Below, one piece after another: positions 10,179 through 18,104 of a stretch of 64,000 nt of DNA (the stretch's first letter is position 1; every line of letters starts with the position of its first letter). Under the pieces are notes generated by a model that saw only the letters and a list, made by a program, of their open reading frames with translations, ran no database searches and was not told where the DNA came from. Made by a program: the position numbers and the translations under genes. Source of the stretch: a virus (lineage: Duplodnaviria > Heunggongvirae > Uroviricota > Caudoviricetes > Thumleimavirales > Hafunaviridae); the IMG/VR virus record IMGVR_UViG_2974793816_000001, positions 12,760 to 76,759 of that record, one strand, 5' to 3'.

Positions 10179-10832
10179 ATGGCTACGCTACACGAAGAAA
10201 TTGAGGGTCTGGTTGACTCCCTTCCATCCTACTACGGGAACGGGGAGGACTCTGGTAACTGGAAACTGCTCGATGCGGTTGGTCGCCAAGTTGTAGACCT
10301 CGATGGCGACGTAGAGGAACTTGACCGAGAGACGACCGTTCAGGATGCTCTCGACGTAAACTCCCTCGAAGAACTCGCGGGTATGGTTCAGGTTCAGCGG
10401 TACTCCGGTGAGAGCCGCGACCACTACCGGGCGCGGGTTATCGCTGAGTACCAGCTCAACACGAGCGAGGGAACCACCGAGGACGTTTTCAACACGATGG
10501 CTACAATCCTCGGGTGCGAAATCGAGGACTTGTGGTTTCAGGACTGGCGGTTCCTCTTTGGGGAAGTTCACGACCGAGTAGTGTGCTTCCTTCTCCCCCG
10601 TGACGACGTTCAGAACATCGACCTCTCGGGTGAGGAAATCTCGAAGGTCGCCCGGAAGCTCGCGCCGGTCGGGACGACGGTGAAGACTCAGTATAACGGC
10701 TCGCTCCGCTACAAGACGAAGGAAGACTTCGAGAGCGGGAACTGGAACGGTTACGAAAACGGCTACGACGCTCTTGACTCCGAGGGCAACCCGACCGGAA
10801 CGGGCGGGACAAAAGGAGGATTGATTCAATAA
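10179..10832 (+). CDS. baseplate/tail protein I-like
   Basis: 217 aa following the J-like gene. Confidence 0.3.
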   Translation: MATLHEEIEGLVDSLPSYYGNGEDSGNWKLLDAVGRQVVDLDGDVEELDRETTVQDALDVNSLEELAGMVQVQRYSGESRDHYRARVIAEYQLNTSEGTTEDVFNTMATILGCEIEDLWFQDWRFLFGEVHDRVVCFLLPRDDVQNIDLSGEEISKVARKLAPVGTTVKTQYNGSLRYKTKEDFESGNWNGYENGYDALDSEGNPTGTGGTKGGLIQ

Positions 10833-12242
10833 ATGGCGTACACTTCTAAACTAAAGACGTGGGGAGCCGCCGCTAACGAGCGGGCTGAGTTCCCCGATGG
10901 GTACAGGTACACGAAGGAAAACCCGCCCGTCACCCACTACGATAACTTCCTCGTCTACAATCTCATCGAGGACGTTCAGCACCTCATCGACCTCACGAAT
11001 CTCATCGACCCCGACAACGATGGGCAGGTCGCTGACGCCGAGACGATTCAGGGGAAGTCCCCCGAACAGCTTGGTGGATTCAAGTTCATTCAGTCGGACA
11101 ACCCGACCGAGAACACGCAGGGGACGACGTGGTTCAAGAACAGCAACCACCTTCTGTTCGTCTCTGACGGTTCGAGCTACGACGTGTTCCCCGACGTAGC
11201 GTATCAGGAGTACGACTCGATGGCGGATGGGGACTTGACGGTTCTCCACGAGACGGTTCCGCGAACGAAGCTCACGAAGGACGGTCGGATTATGCTCATC
11301 AACGAGCAGACCGTCGCTGACTTCGAGGAAACATACGAAGCGAACCACGACCTTTGGGCGTGGACGAACGGAACGTCGTTCCTCTCCGCTCAGTCGGGAA
11401 CGGTTCTCTCGGGAACACAGTCGCTTCAGATTCAGGCAAACGGAGAGCGTGCGACTCCCCACCTTTCTCGGGAAGCTCCGATTATCCAAGACCTCGAAGT
11501 GGCTGTTCAGGTGGAGTCTGACACCGCGAACATCAACGATTTCGTTGGTATCGAGGTCTTCAACGGGACGACTCGGATTCTCCGTATCCAGTATAACGAC
11601 GGTGACGGAAACGTTGAGCTGTTTACTGGTAGCGGTACGACCGAGTTGATGGCGAGCTGGAACGTGGGGACAACCCACGCTTACGAGTTCGATTGGGACT
11701 TCGGTAACGACCAGTACGACCTCTACATCGACGGGGTTCTCGATGGAACCTACTCGTTGGAGAGTGCGGCTTCTGGATGGGACGAGTTCCGAGTTGACAA
11801 CAACGCGGCAAATTCCGGTAACACCCGGAACGTCTACGTTGACGACATTCACACGGGCGCTCGTGAGTACGGCGAGGCGGTCGTGAAGTTCCCGAACCCG
11901 GACGAGCGGATTCGGGATTGGGACTTGGTTCGGTACACCAAGACCCTCGCCGGAGAGTCCGTAATCATCGACGTGGAGGACGAAAGCGGGAATGTCCTCG
12001 TTCCTGACGTGGACAACAACGGCGACCTCAGCGCGGCGGTTGATGGGTCGGTGAACCCACAATTCCGCGTTCGGATTAGTCGGGAGGATATGGCTAACAA
12101 CCCCTCCCTCGATGCGGTGTTCCGCAGGTGGACGATGCGACCCGGAGACGCGGGCCTCTCCCCCGAGGACGAGGAGGAATGGAAAGCTCAGGATATGAGG
12201 GCGAGATACCGCCACACGCGGCTCGCTCGGCGGCAAGCATAA
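10833..12242 (+). CDS. putative tail fiber protein
   Basis: 469-aa acidic protein following the baseplate genes. Confidence 0.35.
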   Translation: MAYTSKLKTWGAAANERAEFPDGYRYTKENPPVTHYDNFLVYNLIEDVQHLIDLTNLIDPDNDGQVADAETIQGKSPEQLGGFKFIQSDNPTENTQGTTWFKNSNHLLFVSDGSSYDVFPDVAYQEYDSMADGDLTVLHETVPRTKLTKDGRIMLINEQTVADFEETYEANHDLWAWTNGTSFLSAQSGTVLSGTQSLQIQANGERATPHLSREAPIIQDLEVAVQVESDTANINDFVGIEVFNGTTRILRIQYNDGDGNVELFTGSGTTELMASWNVGTTHAYEFDWDFGNDQYDLYIDGVLDGTYSLESAASGWDEFRVDNNAANSGNTRNVYVDDIHTGAREYGEAVVKFPNPDERIRDWDLVRYTKTLAGESVIIDVEDESGNVLVPDVDNNGDLSAAVDGSVNPQFRVRISREDMANNPSLDAVFRRWTMRPGDAGLSPEDEEEWKAQDMRARYRHTRLARRQA

Positions 12243-12256
12243 TTAATTTCTAATCT

Positions 12257-13426
12257 ATGGTCAACTACGGAAGCGGTCAGCTTGGCGAAGTAACGATTAG
12301 TACGAATACTACGAAGAAGAATCCGATTCTCGAATACACCAACCTCACAGTTGAGGACGGTGTTACTCTCACTCTGCCCTCTCGTGTCCGTCTGATGGTC
12401 ACGGGGACTCTCACCGTCAACGGCACTATTCAGGTACAGAAAGACATTGCTGGTGGCGGTGGTTCTGTTGGTGGAGGAGCTTCTGGTGGGAACCTTGAGC
12501 TATTCGCTAAGGAAATCACCGGAACTGGTGAAATCAATGTTGACGGTGAACACGGCTCTACCGGAAACAATCAGGGTAACAACAGTAAAGCAAACGCAGG
12601 AGCCGCGTATAGCATCCCCGCAACCGCCAAGAACGGAAGTGGCGGAGTCGCCGCAGAGCGAGGCTCTAACGCCTATCGGAATAACAACAACTGGAGCGGC
12701 GACCGCAACGGCTCTGGAAAGGGACAGGCCCACTCGTCTATCTACAACGACTCTACGCTGAAAGCGTACATCGAGGACTACCTCATCTCCGGTGCGTACA
12801 TTACTCAGAGTCCGATTGACACCCTCCTTCCCGGCTCTGGTGGTGGCTCTGGTGGTGGCGGTACTGGTCGGCATCGCCGCTACAGCAATAACAACAACAG
12901 TAACTACCGCGACCGAACGGAGGTCGGCGGTGGCGGTGGTGGAGCTGGTGGTAGCTTCATCACTAAGGGTGGTGATGGAGGTAACGGAGACGAGCGTTAC
13001 TACGACCAGAACAACCTGAGTGTTGACGGAAACACTTACGCGAACGGCAACTACAAGGGTGGTGAAGGAGGCTCCGGCGGCGGTGCTGGCGGATTCATTC
13101 TTCTCGTCTCTGAGAGCGTTTCCCTCGATGTGACTTTCTCTGTCCGTGGCGGTGACGGTGGAGATGGATATTGGGGATGGCGCGACCGTAATGGACTCAA
13201 TTCAGAAAGGGGAGATTGGTCTAAGCTCGATGGTGGTGGCGGTGGTGGTGGCTCCGGCGGCCTCATCATCGGTTTCACCGATAAGACCCCGACTATCAAC
13301 CTCAACGGTGGAACCTACGGTATCCCCGGTGGGGAGCGAAAGGACGGTTCAAACAACGGTTCCAACGCCGGTAAGGGTGGAGAGGATGGGGCTGCGTTCC
13401 TCTACGACGTGAAGGAGCTGGTCTAA
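12257..13426 (+). CDS. glycine-rich tail fiber / receptor-binding protein
   Basis: 389 aa with long poly-Gly/Ser/Asn tracts (GGGGSVGGGASGG, GGGGGAGGSF). Confidence 0.45.
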   Translation: MVNYGSGQLGEVTISTNTTKKNPILEYTNLTVEDGVTLTLPSRVRLMVTGTLTVNGTIQVQKDIAGGGGSVGGGASGGNLELFAKEITGTGEINVDGEHGSTGNNQGNNSKANAGAAYSIPATAKNGSGGVAAERGSNAYRNNNNWSGDRNGSGKGQAHSSIYNDSTLKAYIEDYLISGAYITQSPIDTLLPGSGGGSGGGGTGRHRRYSNNNNSNYRDRTEVGGGGGGAGGSFITKGGDGGNGDERYYDQNNLSVDGNTYANGNYKGGEGGSGGGAGGFILLVSESVSLDVTFSVRGGDGGDGYWGWRDRNGLNSERGDWSKLDGGGGGGGSGGLIIGFTDKTPTINLNGGTYGIPGGERKDGSNNGSNAGKGGEDGAAFLYDVKELV

Positions 13427-13427
13427 A

Positions 13428-13820
13428 ATGGTTCAGGAAATTACTGTTCTCGTTGTTCCAGATGACTACGACGGTAGAGAAATCGGTGACGACCGTGTTG
13501 ATAAGGTCGAAGTTGACCCGGACACGGACTACGCCTATCTGGACGACCGAATTATCTCTGACGGTGGGGAAACTGCGGTTGACCGCGCTCTCGTGACGGA
13601 GGAACGGAAGCAGATTATCGAGACTGCTATCTTGGACTACCACGAGGAATCCTCGAAGGACTCCCCCGACAGGCAGATTCAGCTTGACTGTCTCGAAACT
13701 GCTGTCGCGTATATGTGGGACGTGATGAGCGGTGAAGACGTTGGCTCCGCTGAGCCAGTTGAGGAAACTACCGACTCCACTACGGACGAAAGCACGACGA
13801 CTGACTCTACCTCGGCGTAA
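13428..13820 (+). CDS. hypothetical acidic protein (possible fiber assembly factor)
   Basis: 130-aa, highly acidic ORF. Confidence 0.3.
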   Translation: MVQEITVLVVPDDYDGREIGDDRVDKVEVDPDTDYAYLDDRIISDGGETAVDRALVTEERKQIIETAILDYHEESSKDSPDRQIQLDCLETAVAYMWDVMSGEDVGSAEPVEETTDSTTDESTTTDSTSA

Positions 13821-13841
13821 GCCGGGGTTCTTTTTCTTTCT

Positions 13842-14333
13842 ATGTTCCCGAGATTTCTACTCGATAGTGACGACGATTGGCAGGAAGGTCTACGCGCGTG
13901 GCTGTATCCACGACTACACCCACTTCTGACTCCGTTCGGTGGGTATGGCGTCGGTGAGACGCGACTGAATCAGTACGTCGGTGCGTTCTCCGAAGGGGAG
14001 GAAAGCATCGAGTTGGAGTTGGTCGATGCTGGTTTCCGGCGGAATCCGATTGCGTGTTTCAAGTCACTCCCCGATGGGCGCAAGAGTGAGGGGTCGTGGG
14101 TTCTCATTCCAGAGGACGCCCCCGACTACGTTGCTCCGGGGATGCAACTGCACGTTACGATGTTCAAGAGAGCGGATGGGCAGAAAGGCCGCGAGATGTA
14201 CGCCCATTACGAAGACGATTGGCGTTCGGCTCCGTTCGCTCATCTCCGCGCAAAGAACTTCAGCGCCGCCGCTGGCGTTGATATTGCGCGGGATTACTTG
14301 GACAAGGAGACGTTCCTTGTCCGGCAAGAATAG
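13842..14333 (+). CDS. hypothetical protein
   Basis: 163-aa ORF, last gene of the + strand structural operon. Confidence 0.3.
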   Translation: MFPRFLLDSDDDWQEGLRAWLYPRLHPLLTPFGGYGVGETRLNQYVGAFSEGEESIELELVDAGFRRNPIACFKSLPDGRKSEGSWVLIPEDAPDYVAPGMQLHVTMFKRADGQKGREMYAHYEDDWRSAPFAHLRAKNFSAAAGVDIARDYLDKETFLVRQE

Positions 14334-14348
14334 TAGTTAATCAATCGG

Positions 14349-15191
14349 CTATTCGTCTCCCCCGTTAGGGAGCATCCGCGACCCCGGCTTGTGTTGCCAG
14401 CGGTCGTTTCGGTACATCGAGATTTCAGATGAGAGTTCGTTCTTTGTTCGCGTTCGCTCCAACTGTTCGTCTTCAGTCATAGGTCGCGTTGTGGCGTCTG
14501 GAAGCATCGCGTCCCTCTTGAATGGAATCACCTGAATAATCGGAGTCCCCTTCGGTACGACTCCCTCGAAGTCACCACCAGTCCACATGAACGGCGCGTT
14601 GACGTTGTTGAAGTAGTTGTCAATATCAACCACTCCCGAGAATGGCGTGAACGGTTGTCCGGGTCGGTTCAGCGGGTTAGTGACGAGTACCGAGTAGCCG
14701 TCTGGAACCTTCATGCACCATTGGTTGTTGAACTTCATAATCGGCCACTCGTGGTTGGGGAACATCTCCCCTCCCACTTGCGAAAGGTTGTGATTCGAGA
14801 TTAGTGGCTCTTGGAACTCCCACTCGTAGTTCACGTATCCGTCCTTCGCCTCGAAGTAGATTTCTCCCGAGAGGGGGATGATGAACCCCATCGTCATTGC
14901 CTCCATGAACGGAGCGCAACGCTTGACTGTGGAGCGGCTAATTCCTTCTCTGGTATTCGTTGAGCCAAACTCGCCGTCGTTGGCGGTGTATTGGCCGAGC
15001 TTCTTGTACCAGTCCGGCAGAACCTTGTTCGCCGGGATGGGTTCGGGAATCGCGCCGTACAGTTCTTCGTCGGTCACGAACTCGATGAGCTGGTCTTCTT
15101 CCGGTTCTTCTTCTGCTGGCGAGCCGTCAAGTCGAACCTTGTTAGAGAGGTCACTAACGGCGTCGGTTACACTCGAAAAATCCATCTTCAC
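14349..15191 (-). CDS. hypothetical protein (280 aa)
   Basis: Acidic ORF. A TATA-like TCTTTAAGTCC sits about 28 nt upstream of the start, consistent with a leaderless transcript. Confidence 0.45.
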   Translation of the reverse strand: MKMDFSSVTDAVSDLSNKVRLDGSPAEEEPEEDQLIEFVTDEELYGAIPEPIPANKVLPDWYKKLGQYTANDGEFGSTNTREGISRSTVKRCAPFMEAMTMGFIIPLSGEIYFEAKDGYVNYEWEFQEPLISNHNLSQVGGEMFPNHEWPIMKFNNQWCMKVPDGYSVLVTNPLNRPGQPFTPFSGVVDIDNYFNNVNAPFMWTGGDFEGVVPKGTPIIQVIPFKRDAMLPDATTRPMTEDEQLERTRTKNELSSEISMYRNDRWQHKPGSRMLPNGGDE

Positions 15192-15240
15192 TCTAATAGA
15201 CGTGAGCCAAGGACTTAAAGATTCCTCTTTGAGTCTTTAA
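15189..15240 (+). promoter_or_regulatory. family-1 repeat element with palindromic TATA-like core (CTCACTCTAATAGACG...GGACTTAAAGA...TTGAGTCTTTA)
   Basis: About 55 bp, repeated at least 7 times in the window. TTAAAGA/TCTTTAA lies about 28-30 nt from start codons on both sides. Confidence 0.5.
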
Positions 15241-15251
15241 CACTCAACAAT

Positions 15252-15377
15252 ATGATACCTGAACTCGCAAACACGCCACCTCTCGTAGCGTGGCTACTCG
15301 GATTCTTCATGGCATTGGCACTCAAACGTGGCCGAATCGCGGCCATCCTCGACCGGCTACTCCCGACAGAAAACTAA
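15252..15377 (+). CDS. possible 41-aa membrane micro-protein (MIPELANTPPLVAWLLGFFMALALKRGRIAAILDRLLPTEN)
   Basis: Not in the ORF track. ATG is 30 nt downstream of the TATA-like box of the element at 15189-15240. Hydrophobic helix. Followed by an intrinsic terminator. Confidence 0.25.
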   Translation: MIPELANTPPLVAWLLGFFMALALKRGRIAAILDRLLPTEN

Positions 15378-15382
15378 CCGCA

Positions 15383-15438
15383 TAAGACTTAATTCGGTAT
15401 CTTTAAGTCCTTAGTAGCCGTCTAATAGAGTGAGGAGC
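15383..15438 (-). promoter_or_regulatory. family-1 repeat element (reverse orientation)
   Basis: Reverse complement reads CTCACTCTATTAGACGGCTACTAAGGACTTAAAGATACCG. Convergent with the copy at 15189. Confidence 0.4.
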
Positions 15439-15476
15439 TTACGACGAAGCGAACCTAACTGGTTCACCTCGAAATC

Positions 15477-15515
15477 CACCCCACACTACCCAACTCGGTA
15501 GTGTGGGGCCTTTTT
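15477..15515 (+). terminator. intrinsic terminator (12-bp perfect stem + T5)
   Basis: CCCCACACTACC-caactc-GGTAGTGTGGGG followed by CCTTTTTCC. Confidence 0.55.
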
Positions 15516-15550
15516 CCATCTAACTGATTCACTTAGTTGAGACTGAGATA

Positions 15551-15616
15551 GAACAAACACCTCGATGTGGTGAATCACTCTGAGTAGTTCACCTACTATA
15601 CTACTATACTATACAC
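15551..15616 (+). promoter_or_regulatory. family-2 leader element (GAACAAACACCTCGATGTGGTGAA box + CTACTATA direct repeats) upstream of the ribonucleotide reductase gene
   Basis: Box shared with elements at 24947 and 45412. Followed by three short AT-rich direct repeats that end at the ATG. Confidence 0.4.
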
Positions 15617-15619
15617 AAA

Positions 15620-18040
15620 ATGTCCGTAGTCACTACTGAAACCGAAACCGAAGAACAGACTGTTGAAACCCCCATCAAGACCGCCGACGATTCTCTCACC
15701 GTAGAAGAACGCCTTACAGACAACGCTCTCCACGGTATTCTCCCGGCCCGCTACTTCCGCAAAGACTCGGAGGGCAACATCATCGAGGATGCTGACGACC
15801 TGTTCCGACGAGTCGCTGAAAACGTCGCAGGGGCCGAGGTATCCGACGAGGATTACGAAACGTGGGCTGGCGAGTTTGAACACCAGATGAAGACGCTCCG
15901 GTTCATGCCGAACAGCCCGACCCTGATGAACGCCGGGACGGACATGAACCAGCTCTCTGCGTGCTTCGTGATTGAACCCCGCGACGACATGGAAGACATT
16001 TTTGAGACGGCTCAGCAGGCCGCTCTCATCTTCCAGAGCGGGGGCGGCGTCGGGTATGCCTTCTCCCACCTCCGACCCAAGGGAGCGTTCATCAATTCGA
16101 CTGGCGGCGAAGCGAGCGGCCCGGTGAGCTTCATGCGGGTCTTCGATGAGACGTGTAATCAGGTGAAGCAGGGCGGGAAGCGCCGGGGCGCTCAGATGGG
16201 TATTCTCCGCGCCGACCACCCCGACGTGGGGCGGTTCATCGTGGCGAAGCGGAACGAGGGCGACCTTGCGAACTTCAACATCTCGGTCGCTACGACGGAC
16301 AACTTCATCGAGGCAGTTGAGGCTCAGGATTCCTACACTCTCTACGACCCGGAGACGGACTACGAGGAGCCGTACACCGTCCGAGAGGCGTCGGCCCACT
16401 TCTACTCCCCCGAGTATCAGGACAACCCGCGTGACGCCTTTGACGACGGCGAGGGCGCTATCGTCGCGGAGAACCTGTGGCGAGACTACGCCGACGAGAT
16501 TGAGTGTGAGCTGTTCGGGGAGCGCGTGACGCTCCGCGAGAAGTGGGAGGGCCACGAGGGTCTTCGACTCGAAGTGGGTGAGCCGATGGAGCTTCCCGCC
16601 GCGTTCATTTGGGACGTGATGATTGACGGGGCGTGGCGCAACGGCGAGCCGGGCCTGTTCAACTTCGAGGAGTCGAACCGCCAGCACTCCTTCGACGTGG
16701 AGAAGTACCCCGAGTTCCGCATGAACGCGACTAACCCCTGCGCCGAGCAGATGCTCGTGGAGTACGAGGCGTGTAATCTCGGTCACATCAACCTCAGTCT
16801 GATGCTGAACGAGGACGCCCCGACCTACGACGAGTTCCTGAGCGACAAGCTGGATTCAATCGCTACGGGCGACCTTTCCACCCGCGAAGCCGTGGAGTGG
16901 TACTTCGAGGAGGTCACGAACTTTGAAGACCTGAATCGAACCATCGAGGCGGGGGTTCGGTTCCTCGATAACGTGGTCACGCAGTCGGACTTCCCCATCC
17001 CCGAGATTACCGAGCGCGTCAACGGGATGCGGAAAATCGGACTCGGGATTATGGGCTTCGCTCAGATGCTTTTCCAGATGGGGATTCCCTACGGGACGCA
17101 GGACTCCTACGAGATGGCGCGGTGCGTTATGCGGTACATCGACCGGAAGGGAACGTGGTCGTCGCACAATCTCGCCAAGGAGCGCGGCGTGTTCTCCTAC
17201 TGGGAGAAGTCGAAGTACGCCGACCCGACCGAGTACCCGGAGTGGTTCGCGGCCCGCACCGGGCTTGACCCGAACGACCACGCTGGCGGGTTCTTCATCC
17301 GCAACCACAACATCACGACTATCGCCCCGACTGGAACCACCTCGATGATTGGGAACACGACGGGCGGGTGCGAGCCTGCCTACAACGTGGCGAACTTCAA
17401 GAACGTCAGCGAGGACATTCAGGGCGACGACCTGCTCGTGGAGTTTGACGACTACTTCCTTCGGACGCTTGAGGCGAACGACCTCGATGTGGAGAGCATC
17501 AAGGAGGAAGCCGAGTCGCTGATGCGGAACAACGAGTTTGAGGGAGTCAACGACCTCTCCATCCCCGAGGAGATTGCTGAAATCTTCGTGACCACGCAGG
17601 ACTTGTCCTCTGAACAGCACGGGCTGATGCAGAGAGCGTTTCAGGAGTTTTGCGACTCGGGCATCAGCAAGACGGTGAACCTCCCTAACTCGGCCACGCA
17701 CGACGACGTGAGCGAAGCCTACCAGCTCGCCCTCGATGAGAACCGACGTGGCGCGGTTATCAAGGGCCTCACCGTGTACCGGGATGGCTCTCGGGACGTT
17801 CAGGTTCTCACGACCCGCGTGGACAACAATCTGGACGACGAGGGCGACCGCGACGACGACCTTCTTGAGCTGTACCTCAAGGGTGAGGTGAGCGAGAAGG
17901 CCGCTGTTCAGCTCGGTATCGTTGGAGAGGACGACGTGGGTTCGGATACGCTCACCTGCCCGGAGTGTGGTGACGGTGAGCTGGAGAAGACGGACGACTG
18001 TGCGGTGTGCCCGGAGTGCTGGTACAGTCCGTGTAAGTAG
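15620..18040 (+). CDS. nrdJ: ribonucleotide reductase, class II (adenosylcobalamin-dependent, NrdJ-like)
   Basis: 806 aa with the NPCAEQ active-site motif and a C-terminal CPECGDG...CAVCPECWYSPC zinc ribbon typical of class II enzymes. Confidence 0.8.
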   Translation: MSVVTTETETEEQTVETPIKTADDSLTVEERLTDNALHGILPARYFRKDSEGNIIEDADDLFRRVAENVAGAEVSDEDYETWAGEFEHQMKTLRFMPNSPTLMNAGTDMNQLSACFVIEPRDDMEDIFETAQQAALIFQSGGGVGYAFSHLRPKGAFINSTGGEASGPVSFMRVFDETCNQVKQGGKRRGAQMGILRADHPDVGRFIVAKRNEGDLANFNISVATTDNFIEAVEAQDSYTLYDPETDYEEPYTVREASAHFYSPEYQDNPRDAFDDGEGAIVAENLWRDYADEIECELFGERVTLREKWEGHEGLRLEVGEPMELPAAFIWDVMIDGAWRNGEPGLFNFEESNRQHSFDVEKYPEFRMNATNPCAEQMLVEYEACNLGHINLSLMLNEDAPTYDEFLSDKLDSIATGDLSTREAVEWYFEEVTNFEDLNRTIEAGVRFLDNVVTQSDFPIPEITERVNGMRKIGLGIMGFAQMLFQMGIPYGTQDSYEMARCVMRYIDRKGTWSSHNLAKERGVFSYWEKSKYADPTEYPEWFAARTGLDPNDHAGGFFIRNHNITTIAPTGTTSMIGNTTGGCEPAYNVANFKNVSEDIQGDDLLVEFDDYFLRTLEANDLDVESIKEEAESLMRNNEFEGVNDLSIPEEIAEIFVTTQDLSSEQHGLMQRAFQEFCDSGISKTVNLPNSATHDDVSEAYQLALDENRRGAVIKGLTVYRDGSRDVQVLTTRVDNNLDDEGDRDDDLLELYLKGEVSEKAAVQLGIVGEDDVGSDTLTCPECGDGELEKTDDCAVCPECWYSPCK

Positions 18041-18063
18041 ACTGAGTTAATCAGTTAGCAAGC

Positions 18064-18100
18064 CTCCCCATCGGGCCTTACGGCTCGGTGGGGATTTTTT
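18064..18100 (+). terminator. intrinsic terminator after the ribonucleotide reductase gene (hairpin + T7)
   Basis: CCTCCCCATCGGG...CTCGGTGGGGA followed by TTTTTTT. Confidence 0.5.
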
Positions 18101-18104
18101 TCGT

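Noticed and set aside
10851-12236. 461-aa minus-strand ORF antisense to the tail fiber gene. Similar long antisense ORFs at 10188-10829, 15596-16786, 16856-17701, 23505-24476, 32949-34037, 36037-37185, 40350-41342, 42621-43874, 51845-53134
   Set aside because: All are Arg/Pro/Val-rich shadow ORFs opposite genes with clear motifs or coherent operon context. No independent start or promoter context.
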